Notes under the pieces: model-generated | Databases searched by the model: none | What the model saw: the letters and a program-made list of their open reading frames with translations, nothing else | Told to the model about the DNA's origin: nothing | Virus record (IMG/VR): IMGVR_UViG_3300031688_000025 | Span: 1 to 52,178 of that record | From: a virus | Lineage: Duplodnaviria > Caudoviricetes | Strand: one strand, 5' to 3' | Length of the DNA: 52,178 bases | Shown: piece after piece, positions 1 through 10,256 of the stretch | Layout: each line of letters starts with the position of its first letter | Position numbering within the stretch: position 1 is the stretch's first letter | Program-made: the position numbers and the translations under genes

Positions 1-208
1 AAGCAGGGAGCGTTATGGTCTGTCCTGCTGCGCTAACGTAGACATGAGTATTCACTGTCGCTGTCAAAGATGAGGCTGTGGCTACTGTGGTAATACCTGC
101 GGCTATAGTAGAGGCTAGAGCAGATGTGCCTACAGCACCATCAGCTATTTGCGCGGAGCCAATGCTGTCATCAGCAATTACACCTGCTTTTACTTTTGTT
201 AAAGCCAT
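1..208 (-). CDS. Tail fibre/adaptor protein, partial (runs off the left edge)
   Basis: Not in the ORF track. ATG at 208 overlaps the upstream stop (TAATG). Reads MALTKVKAGVIADDSIGSAQIADGAVGT...VSAAGQTITLPA, similar to the C-terminal part of the 923-aa fibre (TAKIADANV...TITLPASP). Confidence 0.7.
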   Translation of the reverse strand, partial: MALTKVKAGVIADDSIGSAQIADGAVGTSALASTIAAGITTVATASSLTATVNTHVYVSAAGQTITLPA

Positions 209-408
209 TAGCCCACCTCTGGTCTTGTATCTGGGAAGTCTTCAGTCGAAGGCCAGTCACGTAATGCCGCACGATAAGTAATAATAGCTGCTGCATTAGG
301 ATAATCAGATACTGTAGCGGCTATGTCTGTCCGAGCGAGTTCATCATTGCGCCAGAAGATTGCTGCTGAAGTTGGCGATATATGGTCTGCTTGTATTATT
401 AAAGCCAT
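208..408 (-). CDS. Tail fibre assembly chaperone-like protein
   Basis: WRNDEL..TD...YRAALRDWP motif; lies directly after a fibre/receptor-binding gene. Confidence 0.7.
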   Translation of the reverse strand: MALIIQADHISPTSAAIFWRNDELARTDIAATVSDYPNAAAIITYRAALRDWPSTEDFPDTRPEVG

Positions 409-1277
409 TATTTTATCCTCATATAGTTTTGGTTGCCGTACTCAGTGCCGCCTTGCGAGCCAATGCCAATTTGGTATTCGTATTTGAATACTGTATCGTT
501 TGAACTACCGCAAACCAAAAAAGAAGTACCGTCCCACCCAATTCCATCAGGCGCACTATCTTGTGCATTTATAGAAAAACTTTCCCCTGTATAAACGCCA
601 GCAGCGTTGTATTTATAAGCAGTATCATTTTGTTGTCCGACAACCCAAAAATGCGTACCGTCCCATGTAAGTCCTTCAGGAATACCATCTTGAGCAGCCA
701 CACTCCAAGATACGTTTTGGTACACGCCAGAAGCGTTAAATTTGTGTACTTGGTCACCTAGGTAGCCAACAACCCAGAAGTGGGTTCCGTCCCATGTTAT
801 GTCACTAGGGTTATGCTCTAGGGCAGCTGTTGACCAGCTTACATTCTGATAAACACCTGAAGCGTTATATTTGAACACAGCATTGTTCGCATCCCCAGTA
901 ACCCAGAAGTGAGTTCCGTCCCATGTTATCCCAGAGGCACTGGTGTCTTGAGAACCTGTTGACCAGCTTACATTCTGGTAAACGCCAGCAGCGTTGTATT
1001 TGTATACATTTCTATTCTGACCACCCAGAAGCCATAAATATGAACCGTCCCATATTATTTTTTTAGGACTAACATCTTGAGTAGCCGTAGAAAAACTTGT
1101 TCCAGAGTATGCGACCTGTGATGTGGCATCTGGGTAAGTAGACGTGTCTGTTGACGTAACACCGCCCTTCAAGTACACACGACCATCAGCCAGAGTGATA
1201 AGGTTCTCCGCTGAGTTGAACTCTTTTTTTTCATTTACTGCTGAGGCGCTGCCGCCTCCACCTAAACTTATAGCCAT
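408..1277 (-). CDS. Beta-propeller repeat protein, putative receptor-binding tail protein
   Basis: About five ~43-aa repeats (GITWDGTHFWV...VFKYNASGVYQNVSWS). Start moved to MAISLGGG at 1277, just after the fibre stop. Confidence 0.65.
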   Translation of the reverse strand: MAISLGGGGSASAVNEKKEFNSAENLITLADGRVYLKGGVTSTDTSTYPDATSQVAYSGTSFSTATQDVSPKKIIWDGSYLWLLGGQNRNVYKYNAAGVYQNVSWSTGSQDTSASGITWDGTHFWVTGDANNAVFKYNASGVYQNVSWSTAALEHNPSDITWDGTHFWVVGYLGDQVHKFNASGVYQNVSWSVAAQDGIPEGLTWDGTHFWVVGQQNDTAYKYNAAGVYTGESFSINAQDSAPDGIGWDGTSFLVCGSSNDTVFKYEYQIGIGSQGGTEYGNQNYMRIK

Positions 1278-1278
1278 C

Positions 1279-4050
1279 TTATAGCTCCTTCCATCCAATA
1301 GTCGCATCAACAAATACCAAGGTCGCACCAGCGTCTGCCGCCAATGAACCATCGTCTGTTGTGCTATTAATCTTAGAGCCATTACGACCCACTGTGACTG
1401 TGCCTGTGCCAGCGTTTTTAATGAAGACTACGTTGCCAGCACTAGGGCTTGCAGGCAGAGTAATTGTCACTGTGCTGCTTGAGTTGACTATGAGCTGGTC
1501 GCGAGTAACTGCGGTGTACGCAGATGTCTTGATAGCAAAGTCATTGAATGCGCCACCTACACCTGCGCCTAGCTTGGCAGAAGTAATTGCTCCGTCAGTT
1601 ATCTTAGCCGTAGTAACATTAGCGTCAGCTATCTTTGCTGTTGTAACTGCGCTGTTGACGATCTTGACTGTTGACACAGTGTTATCATCTGGTGTGCTTA
1701 CAGACACCACAACAGCGTGTGCTGCCATAACTTCTACAGCTACGCCATTAGGAGGTGCTGTGCTGAAGGTAAGCGTAGTGCCTGAGACAGAGTAGTTGGC
1801 TTTGCTTTGGTACACACCATCCCAATAAACATTGGTATTATTTTCTGGTGTGGCTTCAGATAAACTAAATGCTGTGGCTGAACCGTTACCAGTGAACTGA
1901 CTTAGTTTAAACTCAGTGCTTGCCTCTACTGGCGCAATTGTTGCCGCTGTAATCTCAATCGCAGCACCACTGTCAGGTGCAGCAGAGAATGTCAAAACAT
2001 TGTCAACAATGGCATAGCCAGTCTTGTTCTGATAGACACCGTCTATGTATACAAGAGTATTGTCTTCAGCAGGACTTGAGGAAAGCGTATAAGCGACAGT
2101 TGAGCCATTACCTGTGAAGCTGTTAAGTTTGAGATCGGCAGCACCACCACCTATCTCACCCCACTCCGTTGAGTAGCCTTCAAACTTACCTTCAGTGGTA
2201 TTGTAGCGGAACATACCTGCTGCTGGAGAGGCTTCGCGCTGACCAGTTGTACCTGCGGCAACTTTCACAGAACCAGTGTTATTCAAAACCAAAGCCCCTG
2301 TGACTGTGCCACCGGCTTTTGGTAAAGCGTTGGCCGCTAAAGTGCCTTGGGCAGCAGTAGCGTAATCTGAAGAATCAAATGCTTTTACTTCTGCGAGATT
2401 AGTAACTTCGCTGTCCATCAAAGCGCCAGCGGCTCCTACATTGGTAGCATCAGTTACATCGGCACTAGTTTCAATGTTATTTAGCTTGGTGTGATCAGCG
2501 TTCGTAAAGTTATTCTGCGACAGCTCACCGTCTTGGATACTGTATGTCGTGTTTGTATTTGTGTCTGTACTGGTAATCGTGAAGTTCGGATAAGTACCAG
2601 AAATACTAGTGGCACCCGCACCTGTTAGCCCAACAGTCTGGTCAGCTTGAGAAGCCGTGGCAAATGCTGACGATGCTGAGGTGGCTGCGGAGCCAAGTCC
2701 TAAATTACTCCTAGCACTTCCAGCATTCGCAAGGTCACTTAGGTTGTTAGCAGCAAGTAAGCTTCCAGTAGCAGATGCATAAGCTGCAACCCAATTAGAG
2801 CCTTCGTATACTTTCATTACATCTGAAGTCGTGTTGAAGTAGAGCATGCCAGCAGCCAGAGCATCGCCATCGTTGTCTGTTCCCGGGTCACTGGACTTTT
2901 GTCCCAAGTACCTATCGTCAAAAGAATCAAAGGCTGCAAGTGCAGCATCTTTAGCGGCAACTGCAGCAGTCTCAGCAGTTTCTGCATTAGTTGCACTAGT
3001 TGATGCTTCACTAGCTTTAGTAGTAGCCGTGGTAGCACTAGCAGCAGCGTTAGTAGCTGAAGTCCCTGCAGCAGTAGCTTGATTAGTAGCAGTAGTTGCA
3101 GAAGCAGCAGCGTTAGTCTCTGCGGTCTCTGCGTTAGTCTCAGCAGTCTCTGCGTTAGTTTTTGCAGTTGCAGCAGCAGTGGCAGACGTAGCTGCATTAC
3201 TGGCTGAAGTGACAGCTTCACTAGCTTTAGTAGTAGCTGTAGATGCACTAGTAGCAGCGTTAGTAGCTGAAGTACCTGAAGCAGTTTCTGAGTTAGAGGC
3301 ATTAGTAGCTGACGTACTTGCAGCAGTCTCTGAGTTAGAGGCATTAGTAGCTGATGTAGCAGCTTCGCTTGCTTTAGTAGTAGCTGTAGTAGCACTAGTA
3401 GCAGCATTGGTTGCACTAGTATTTGCAGCAGTAGCTTGATTAGTAGCAGTGGTTGCACTGGCTGCTGCATTAGTTTCAGCAGTCTCTGCGTTAGTTTCTG
3501 CAGTCTCTGCATTAGTCTTAGCAGTAGCTGCACTAGTTGCTGAAGTAGCTGCATTGCTAGCTGAAGTAGAAGCCTCTCCTGCTTTAGTAGTTGCAGTGGT
3601 TGCACTAGTAGCAGCATTAGTCTCACTAGTAGAAGCATTAGTAGCTGAGGTAGCAGCTTCGCTTGCTTTAGTAGTAGCTGTAGTAGCACTAGTAGCAGCA
3701 TTGGTTTCGCTAGTACTTGCAGCAGTCTCTGAGTTAGAGGCATTAGTAGCTGCTGTAGAAGCAGTTGTTGCCGAGTTAGAAGCATTAGTAGCTGAGGTAG
3801 CTGTACTAGTTACAGCAGAAGAAGCAGTAGTAGCTGATGAAGAAGCATTAGTAGCTGAGGTAGCTGCATTACTTGCGGAACCTTCTGCATTAGCCTCTGC
3901 TAACTCAGCAGCAACTTGGGCTTTCTTAGCTTCTGATGCAAAAGATAAAGCATCTGCTATTTCTGCTGGGCTTCCTACACTAAAGTTACCACCCTCTGAA
4001 GGATTGTTTACTAAGTTAGAACTCTCTAGGGGTGTATATTCAATAGCCAT
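1279..4050 (-). CDS. Long tail fibre protein
   Basis: Ala/Thr/Ser coiled-coil repeats (SATNAATSATTATTKASEA), FDDRYLG..LYFNTT segment, repeated FTGNGS..F.LS...VY.DGVYQ modules. Confidence 0.85.
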   Translation of the reverse strand: MAIEYTPLESSNLVNNPSEGGNFSVGSPAEIADALSFASEAKKAQVAAELAEANAEGSASNAATSATNASSSATTASSAVTSTATSATNASNSATTASTAATNASNSETAASTSETNAATSATTATTKASEAATSATNASTSETNAATSATTATTKAGEASTSASNAATSATSAATAKTNAETAETNAETAETNAAASATTATNQATAANTSATNAATSATTATTKASEAATSATNASNSETAASTSATNASNSETASGTSATNAATSASTATTKASEAVTSASNAATSATAAATAKTNAETAETNAETAETNAAASATTATNQATAAGTSATNAAASATTATTKASEASTSATNAETAETAAVAAKDAALAAFDSFDDRYLGQKSSDPGTDNDGDALAAGMLYFNTTSDVMKVYEGSNWVAAYASATGSLLAANNLSDLANAGSARSNLGLGSAATSASSAFATASQADQTVGLTGAGATSISGTYPNFTITSTDTNTNTTYSIQDGELSQNNFTNADHTKLNNIETSADVTDATNVGAAGALMDSEVTNLAEVKAFDSSDYATAAQGTLAANALPKAGGTVTGALVLNNTGSVKVAAGTTGQREASPAAGMFRYNTTEGKFEGYSTEWGEIGGGAADLKLNSFTGNGSTVAYTLSSSPAEDNTLVYIDGVYQNKTGYAIVDNVLTFSAAPDSGAAIEITAATIAPVEASTEFKLSQFTGNGSATAFSLSEATPENNTNVYWDGVYQSKANYSVSGTTLTFSTAPPNGVAVEVMAAHAVVVSVSTPDDNTVSTVKIVNSAVTTAKIADANVTTAKITDGAITSAKLGAGVGGAFNDFAIKTSAYTAVTRDQLIVNSSSTVTITLPASPSAGNVVFIKNAGTGTVTVGRNGSKINSTTDDGSLAADAGATLVFVDATIGWKEL
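2950..3900 (-). repeat. Coding low-complexity repeats of the fibre stalk
   Basis: Recurring gcattagtagctga / gctttagtagtagctg units and duplicated blocks (AKTNAETAETNAETAETNAAASATTATNQATAA twice). Confidence 0.8.
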
Positions 4051-4061
4051 TAGCCATCTCC

Positions 4062-4823
4062 TTAAAATTGAGCAGTGTTAGAATAGGTCTGGACATAAGA
4101 ACCACCTCTAGTTTTTCTTTGTACTTCCTCAGCATTTAACTCTTGTATGTCTTTTAGTTGCTGATCTTTAAACTTAGCAGCCCTTTCGTCTTCACCTACG
4201 TAGTCGAAAGCATGAGCCACAGCTCCCCATAGTAAAGCTCTTTCATTACTATCTCTTAACCAGTTAGGTACTTCTTTGCTTATGTAATAGCTCCCACTAC
4301 CAGCAGGGAACTCTACAGATCCTGTAACACTTTGAGTAGAAGACTCAGCTAAACCAGCATCTATGTTTGTTTGGTTAACAACATAAACAGCGTTAGCATC
4401 CTTAAGCCTTCTGTAGTAGTACAGCTCGTACACATCACCAAGCTTTGCCGCAGGGTAGAACACTAGGTTTGAACCCTTACGTGCATAAGACTCTTGCTGA
4501 TGCTGATAATCTTTATCTTGCATAGCTAGTAATGATATTCTTTCATCAAATACAAAGCTGTTACCTTCAGCATCTACTTTTCTAAACTGAATAATCTCTG
4601 ACAAGTCTGAAGGTACTGTTAATTCTGTCTCACCCACAGTGCTAGCTCCCACAGCTCCATAGCTGAAGGTGTGCTCTAAGGGTGGTATTCTTAGCTTACG
4701 GTAGCATAGGTCTGCTGAGTAGTCTATGAAGTCTTCTATTAAAGCATCTGTTAAAATATTAGAATCTCTGTTTACCCATGTTCTAACTTTTGCAACTAAG
4801 GCATCGTATAGTGGAGTTGACAT
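4062..4823 (-). CDS. Putative head-tail adaptor / tail tubular protein
   Basis: Position between capsid and fibre genes; YPA...YELYYYRR and NWL..LLWGA pattern of podovirus adaptors. Confidence 0.6.
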   Translation of the reverse strand: MSTPLYDALVAKVRTWVNRDSNILTDALIEDFIDYSADLCYRKLRIPPLEHTFSYGAVGASTVGETELTVPSDLSEIIQFRKVDAEGNSFVFDERISLLAMQDKDYQHQQESYARKGSNLVFYPAAKLGDVYELYYYRRLKDANAVYVVNQTNIDAGLAESSTQSVTGSVEFPAGSGSYYISKEVPNWLRDSNERALLWGAVAHAFDYVGEDERAAKFKDQQLKDIQELNAEEVQRKTRGGSYVQTYSNTAQF

Positions 4824-4839
4824 TTATTGTCTCCTGTTG

Positions 4840-5145
4840 TTAACCACGACCCCTTGATACACTAGATGTTAAAAGACCGGGGTACTCTGATTTTATAATT
4901 CTTTTTAGTTTAGCAACGTCTTGCTTGTTGCTCATAAACTCTGATTCATTTAAGTTTAAACCATGCTTAGTTAAAATCTCAATAGCAACAATATCTGGTA
5001 TGATTGCAAAAGATCTATAGTGCGAAGCGTCACCTCGTCCTTGGGTTTCACGGGACTCTTTGGCAAACTTTAAGTATTCACCTACGTCTTGTACTACTTC
5101 AAACTTACTTGACTCAGTACCGACTTTCATATTATTGTTATTCAT
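4840..5145 (-). CDS. Hypothetical virion-module protein
   Basis: ORF with GGAGG RBS in the structural operon. Confidence 0.6.
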   Translation of the reverse strand: MNNNNMKVGTESSKFEVVQDVGEYLKFAKESRETQGRGDASHYRSFAIIPDIVAIEILTKHGLNLNESEFMSNKQDVAKLKRIIKSEYPGLLTSSVSRGRG

Positions 5146-5161
5146 TTTGCCTCCAATAGGT

Positions 5162-5192
5162 AAAAAGAAGGGGCCCCCTTTAAGGAGCCCCT
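5162..5192 (-). terminator. Intrinsic terminator after the major capsid gene
   Basis: Minus strand AGGGGCTCCT-TAA-AGGGGGCCCCT followed by TCTTTTT. Confidence 0.8.
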
Positions 5193-5206
5193 AATAGTCT
5201 TAGAGA

Positions 5207-6247
5207 TTAACTTCCACCAAGACCTACAATCAAACCACAACCCTTAGGGTTCATTACTGCAAGGGTACATTCTTCCACGATCTGACCAACAGTGCTATCA
5301 CCTTGCTGACCGACTTCAGTTTCCTGAAGAGGACGAAGAGTAGCAATCTTAAACATAGCGGGATCATACACTAATGCACAGTAGTTAGCAGCGTTAGTAG
5401 TAGCGTCACTACCAGTGTTATGAGCTAGGCCCATAATGTAGTTAGGCACAATACGGATCTCACCGAAATCACTATCAAACAGCTCAATGCTCTGACGCAG
5501 CTTACCAGTGTCATCAACATTACGTACAGTGTTGTTACCAGTAGCGTGAGCCTTAGAGGAGAAAGTACGCTTGTTTAACGGAGAAGTCATAAGAGTAGTA
5601 GCCTTACCACCCTGCTCGTAGATAGCTTGCATCATGTCATCAACGTGGCTTAACTCAATATCATTGAGGTTAGAGTCTGTCGATCCACGTACAATAGTAC
5701 CAGCAGTACCAGTACCCTGAGCGCCAGTAGACACAGCAGTGTAAGCTGCGGTTTCACCAGCGTTTACAACGTTAGCAGTGTAGTTGATGTATGCCTGATA
5801 GCCACCCATCTTACGAGTAGAACTAGAACCATCTTTAGAGTGGAAGCTGTGTACCAGATCCAACTCAAGGTCACGGCGTAGTTCAGTACCACGCTTCTTC
5901 AACTGGTAAGCATATTCATCAGCAACACCAGCCTGATCAATAGCTCGCTTAGAGCCAGAAACTTGAACAGTCTTAGAGTTAATCTGAGTGTAGTTACCTA
6001 GACGAGTACGAGCACCACCAGCAGCTTGAGCGCCTGCGATAGTAGCAAAGGTAGAACCTTCAGCAACAGCGCCAGAAGCGGGTGCTACTAGCTCATCAGT
6101 CTGCCACTCGTGATAAATAGCTTTAGCTGAAGTCTTGCCAATAGAAGACATGAATGGAGTCTCATCACGAGAAATCATCGAGATGAAGTTACCTAGGTCT
6201 TCCTTCTCAGAAAGAGTACCAGTAGTTACAAAATTTGTTGCAGCCAT
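5207..6247 (-). CDS. Major capsid protein (SU10/phiEco32-like family)
   Basis: EDL..I..I...ETPF.S.IG, HEWQTDEL, NYTQI..KTV.VSG, YQLKK...EL.RD.E; follows the scaffold gene. Confidence 0.9.
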   Translation of the reverse strand: MAATNFVTTGTLSEKEDLGNFISMISRDETPFMSSIGKTSAKAIYHEWQTDELVAPASGAVAEGSTFATIAGAQAAGGARTRLGNYTQINSKTVQVSGSKRAIDQAGVADEYAYQLKKRGTELRRDLELDLVHSFHSKDGSSSTRKMGGYQAYINYTANVVNAGETAAYTAVSTGAQGTGTAGTIVRGSTDSNLNDIELSHVDDMMQAIYEQGGKATTLMTSPLNKRTFSSKAHATGNNTVRNVDDTGKLRQSIELFDSDFGEIRIVPNYIMGLAHNTGSDATTNAANYCALVYDPAMFKIATLRPLQETEVGQQGDSTVGQIVEECTLAVMNPKGCGLIVGLGGS

Positions 6248-6286
6248 TATTAAATTTCCTTATATATTATATTAAATCTATTTTTG

Positions 6287-7390
6287 TTAGCTGAACTTGC
6301 TTAATGACTTTAAGAATGCTAATTGAGACGCTTCGTCAGATTGACCAGACAGCACATTATCTCTAAGTGCAGATTGATCACGGACTTTACGTTGACTTGC
6401 AGTTGACTTACGTTTAGTTGGGATACCTTTAGCTTTAGGGGCTGCCTTTCGTTTAGCAGAACCACTTGAGGTTTTCTGCTTAAGTCTGCGATAATCATCT
6501 ACAAACTTAACAACGTTAGCATCCATAATGATATCAAGGAACTCTTGAGGTACACCTTCATCCAGAGCAAACTTCCGCACAGCTTCAGAGTCGAAGTCAG
6601 GTAGGACAGTTTTAATATCCTCTTCAAACTTACCCATTAACTCATCTACTTGTGCTTGGAACATTTCTTGTTGCTGGGTTTGCACAGCCCCTACTAAACC
6701 TTCACGCTTATTACGTGCTGACCAGTAGTCTTTCTGTGCTGTCTCTCGTTTATCCTTGAGCTCATTTAGCTCATACGTATCACCGTCTTCACGGGCTTTT
6801 GCAATTTTAGCTTCTAAGTCATGGAAGTTTTTAGCTAGCAAATCTTCTTGTTGTTGAAGTTGCGTACTTAAAACAGTCCCAAGTTCGAGAGCTTGATTAG
6901 TCTTTTCGGAATATTCTTCCTTAAGTTGTTTCTCAAGATCACTAACTTCTCTACCCTTCTTAGACAAGTGTTGGTCTGTAGCAAAACCTTTACGGAGTTC
7001 AGAAAGAGTTAAGTGTTTAACTTTTCCATCTACTTTGACAGGGATTTTATAGCCCCAGTCAATATCATCTTCAGAAGGTAAATCGTCATCTTGGGTAGAA
7101 TCATCTTCATCCTCATACTCTTCATCTTCTTCAGCGTCTGCTTCATCGCCATCGGTATCGTCTTCATCTGTGTTGTCATCGGGGATTTCATCATCCACAG
7201 AATCTTCCGGGTCAAGTATAGATTCATCATCATTTGGTAGAGACTCCTCCTCCTCTTCGCGCTCAAGGCCAAGTGCTGCGCCCATGGGCCCTAAAGGGAC
7301 TGGAATGTCATCGATAGACTGACCATCTTGACCAGCATAAAAACCAGCGTCATCCGAACGGGTAGAGGCTGTATTGTTTTCGTTGCTCAT
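6287..7390 (-). CDS. Capsid scaffolding protein
   Basis: Acidic N-terminus, VKVDG....TL.EL..G motif, coiled coil, basic C-terminus; upstream of the capsid gene. Confidence 0.85.
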   Translation of the reverse strand: MSNENNTASTRSDDAGFYAGQDGQSIDDIPVPLGPMGAALGLEREEEEESLPNDDESILDPEDSVDDEIPDDNTDEDDTDGDEADAEEDEEYEDEDDSTQDDDLPSEDDIDWGYKIPVKVDGKVKHLTLSELRKGFATDQHLSKKGREVSDLEKQLKEEYSEKTNQALELGTVLSTQLQQQEDLLAKNFHDLEAKIAKAREDGDTYELNELKDKRETAQKDYWSARNKREGLVGAVQTQQQEMFQAQVDELMGKFEEDIKTVLPDFDSEAVRKFALDEGVPQEFLDIIMDANVVKFVDDYRRLKQKTSSGSAKRKAAPKAKGIPTKRKSTASQRKVRDQSALRDNVLSGQSDEASQLAFLKSLSKFS

Positions 7391-7412
7391 AAATTGTTAT
7401 CCTGTATTAGTC

Positions 7413-7610
7413 CTATTTAACCGCGTCCTTCTTCTTAGGCGCTCGGGTTTCTTTCTCAAGTTTCTTTAACTCTTCTAAAGCATTACAAGCATGTACAAAA
7501 GTTTCTGCATGGAACCGGGCTTTGCCGGGGCCTGATGCTAGTTCTTTTATCATAGCTTTGATAGTGCCTTCTGTAGCTAGGATTGCCCTAGCCAGTAATG
7601 GGTTATCCAT
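7413..7610 (-). CDS. Hypothetical protein
   Basis: Translationally coupled ORF in the head operon. Confidence 0.6.
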   Translation of the reverse strand: MDNPLLARAILATEGTIKAMIKELASGPGKARFHAETFVHACNALEELKKLEKETRAPKKKDAVK

Positions 7611-7957
7611 CAGATATCTCCTTCTTGAGATTTATTGTAGTCTATCGTCTCTTGGTTAAACCCGTAGGTTTCAACGTTAATAAGACGTTCTTTAACGGAA
7701 CCTAATGCCATAGCTACGTGGTACAAGTACTCACGTTCTTTTACGCAGTGGGGTTCTGTGACTAACCATTGAGTAAACAAATCTACAACGATGTCAGAGT
7801 AAGCTTCAGTAAAGAACTCATCTCTTTCTTTTCTTGCAAATATTGCTCGGGTTAATGCTTGTTGAGAATCTCCAAACGGGTTAGCTTTATACTCACCTGT
7901 CTGTTGATCCATCTTAGGTTTAAACTTACGTTTAGCACCTTGTTTATACTTATCCAC
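7610..7957 (-). CDS. Hypothetical protein
   Basis: ORF with GAGGAG RBS between portal and scaffold. Confidence 0.65.
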   Translation of the reverse strand: MDKYKQGAKRKFKPKMDQQTGEYKANPFGDSQQALTRAIFARKERDEFFTEAYSDIVVDLFTQWLVTEPHCVKEREYLYHVAMALGSVKERLINVETYGFNQETIDYNKSQEGDI

Positions 7958-8027
7958 TATATCTCCTCGGGTTAGTGTCTTAAGTTGAAGGGCCCGTCTG
8001 GGCCCCTCAGTAGATGAAAATCACCTC

Positions 8028-10256
8028 CTACATCATACCTCCACCGCCTTGACCTAAGAAAGATTGAATAGCTTCTGGTGTCAATCCTTGACCTTGCATC
8101 TCTTGTTGCACAGGAGGCTGTTCAGGTTTCTTAGGTTCTTGATTACTCTTCGGCTGGGTCATTGTTTGCTGAATTAGAGACTGAGCTAATCCGTACATCT
8201 CTTGTACGTCAGGTTGGATAGGTTGCTCCGAACCATCTTTAGCTGCAGATAAACTTAACTTTGCCCATTCTTGATATGATTTATCCAGAGCAACAACAAG
8301 CTGCTTAAGGTTGTCTTGAATAGCATTCTGGGACTGCACATTAGTGTAGTCTACATTAGCTTGATCAAGAGCAATTTTAGTTTGCGTAGTAATATCAGCA
8401 ACACTCTTTGCCTTCTCTGCTTGTTCTTGTTCCTTCTCTTTATCTTTCATTGCGGAATCTTTGTACTCATCGGAAGTGTAGTCTACTATGTAGTCTAACG
8501 GATCTTCACCTAGTGCCTCAATGGTTTTAAAGGCAATGACTGCTGGTGCTGTGGGATTTATGGCCCCTTTGTACCCAGCTCCCATAAGAGCAGGTAAAAC
8601 TTTCTCACCAATCATTGACATTTTACTTAGGATAGTACTATTACTAGCGTCACCAACGTCAGCTTCTACTTGCAACATCATATTGTCAGGTAGTTCACTA
8701 ATGTTAACTGTGCCGTAAAAATCATTACGATCATAGTATCCCATCTTTTGCCCACGCATTTCTTTAGTCATCGTCTTATACACACCTTCACAGAGAGCGG
8801 CTAAGCCTGTTTCCATGAATCTTCTGGCGATATGCTGGATGCGTGTTTGTGCTGCTGATTGAACAGCCGATACTTTCTGTTCGGAGTTACCGGACACATA
8901 GAGAGTATCATTAAGCCCTTGTGCTGCCTTAGACAAACCATTGGCTTGCTCTTTGTGCTGCTGCAGGAACTCAAGTAAAGGTACCGTACCCGAAGATAAA
9001 GCCTCTGGTGGCATGTTGTGAACAGCCATTGCAGGGTTACCGTTGGTAGGTACAATTTGTTTTGGTTTCATATTCTGTAATGCAGAAAAGTCTACCACGT
9101 TAGGATCAGCTAGCTTAGGAGAGTAGTTAGTTAAATAAGTATTCTCAACAAAGCCACGCAAGATAGCTGTAGATGCTAGAGTAGAAGGTCTAGTCATGTC
9201 AGCCATAGACAGTCCAGCCCACTCGTGTGGGATATCAAAGGCCTTAAGCTCGCATATCTGGATAGAGTCAACATCTTCTTCGAATAAGATATTATCATTA
9301 ATAGTAATGAATCTCTTTAACTCGGAGATACCATCACCGTCACGATCTACCCGCATCCAACACTCTAACACAGAAACAACTTGGTTAGCTTCACTATTAC
9401 TGTTCTGCCCAAAGCTATGATTGCTTAAGCCTACTGAGGTTCTTCGTGCAGCCTTCTCGTTATTAATAGCCTGTGCAAAGGTATAGGTACTATTAGTAGT
9501 ATCCCAATCTATATTCTCAGAGTGATCAGGGTACTGCTTACGTATCTCTGAGCGAGTCATCTCTGTGCGTAGACCAACAAAGGAGGCATCATCTATAGAA
9601 GAAGCGCCTTGGCTAATAAGGAAAGACTCAGGTTCTATATTACGAATCTTAACTCCACTCTTATTAACAGTACGCTTAACACGAACATTTTCGTACACAC
9701 CACCTGTATTAACGTATAGGTCACCTACCACTTCTACTTCAGGATCAGACAATAACATGTCTAAGGATTCTGTAGTGATCTCATCAAACTCTTGGAAAGT
9801 AAACTCGTAGTCTTCTACAAACTCCCAGACAACCGCTGCGTTCTTCCATAGAAGAGCAGACTTAATCCAAGTATTAATAAGCTCCCAACCTTTGTTCTTC
9901 TTAAAGATACAATAGTTAGTTACATCAGAAGCTACTCTTGCTTGGTGTACACCCATAGCAGTTTGTGAGTATGGTATAAACTTTGCTAGTTTTTTATTAT
10001 TCAATAGCAATTCAGAAAGAACTGCTGAGTACCCTTCGATAGCCTCTACGGTATCTGAGGATACAATCTTAGATACACCCTGTGGGGCTAAGTGCCCAAT
10101 AGGCTGCATCGCATATTCGTAAGTAGCCTTTTCTCTTTCGTCTGATAGATCAGAGGAGTCAAGGAAGTTACCTTGAGAGCCTGCTACTTCTGAGTTAATG
10201 ATTGTAATCAACTCTTCATCTGTTACTTGTTCCATATAACCGTCAGGCTCATTCAT
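8028..10256 (-). CDS. Portal protein
   Basis: ~740 aa directly after TerL; S.IVS.DT, ECW.RVD.DGDGI.EL patterns. Start moved to MNEPDG, which has an AGAGGA RBS. Confidence 0.88.
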   Translation of the reverse strand: MNEPDGYMEQVTDEELITIINSEVAGSQGNFLDSSDLSDEREKATYEYAMQPIGHLAPQGVSKIVSSDTVEAIEGYSAVLSELLLNNKKLAKFIPYSQTAMGVHQARVASDVTNYCIFKKNKGWELINTWIKSALLWKNAAVVWEFVEDYEFTFQEFDEITTESLDMLLSDPEVEVVGDLYVNTGGVYENVRVKRTVNKSGVKIRNIEPESFLISQGASSIDDASFVGLRTEMTRSEIRKQYPDHSENIDWDTTNSTYTFAQAINNEKAARRTSVGLSNHSFGQNSNSEANQVVSVLECWMRVDRDGDGISELKRFITINDNILFEEDVDSIQICELKAFDIPHEWAGLSMADMTRPSTLASTAILRGFVENTYLTNYSPKLADPNVVDFSALQNMKPKQIVPTNGNPAMAVHNMPPEALSSGTVPLLEFLQQHKEQANGLSKAAQGLNDTLYVSGNSEQKVSAVQSAAQTRIQHIARRFMETGLAALCEGVYKTMTKEMRGQKMGYYDRNDFYGTVNISELPDNMMLQVEADVGDASNSTILSKMSMIGEKVLPALMGAGYKGAINPTAPAVIAFKTIEALGEDPLDYIVDYTSDEYKDSAMKDKEKEQEQAEKAKSVADITTQTKIALDQANVDYTNVQSQNAIQDNLKQLVVALDKSYQEWAKLSLSAAKDGSEQPIQPDVQEMYGLAQSLIQQTMTQPKSNQEPKKPEQPPVQQEMQGQGLTPEAIQSFLGQGGGGMM

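Noticed and set aside
1278-1382. TTG-start N-terminal extension of the 324-aa ORF
   Set aside because: It overlaps the fibre gene; the ATG at 1277 has an AGGAG RBS
2817-4081. Long Leu/Gln-rich and Ala/Val-rich ORFs overlapping the fibre gene
   Set aside because: Alternative-frame and antisense shadows of the Ala/Thr repeat codons
7988-8008. GC hairpin after the portal gene as a terminator
   Set aside because: No U-tract on the coding strand; at most a processing or stability hairpin
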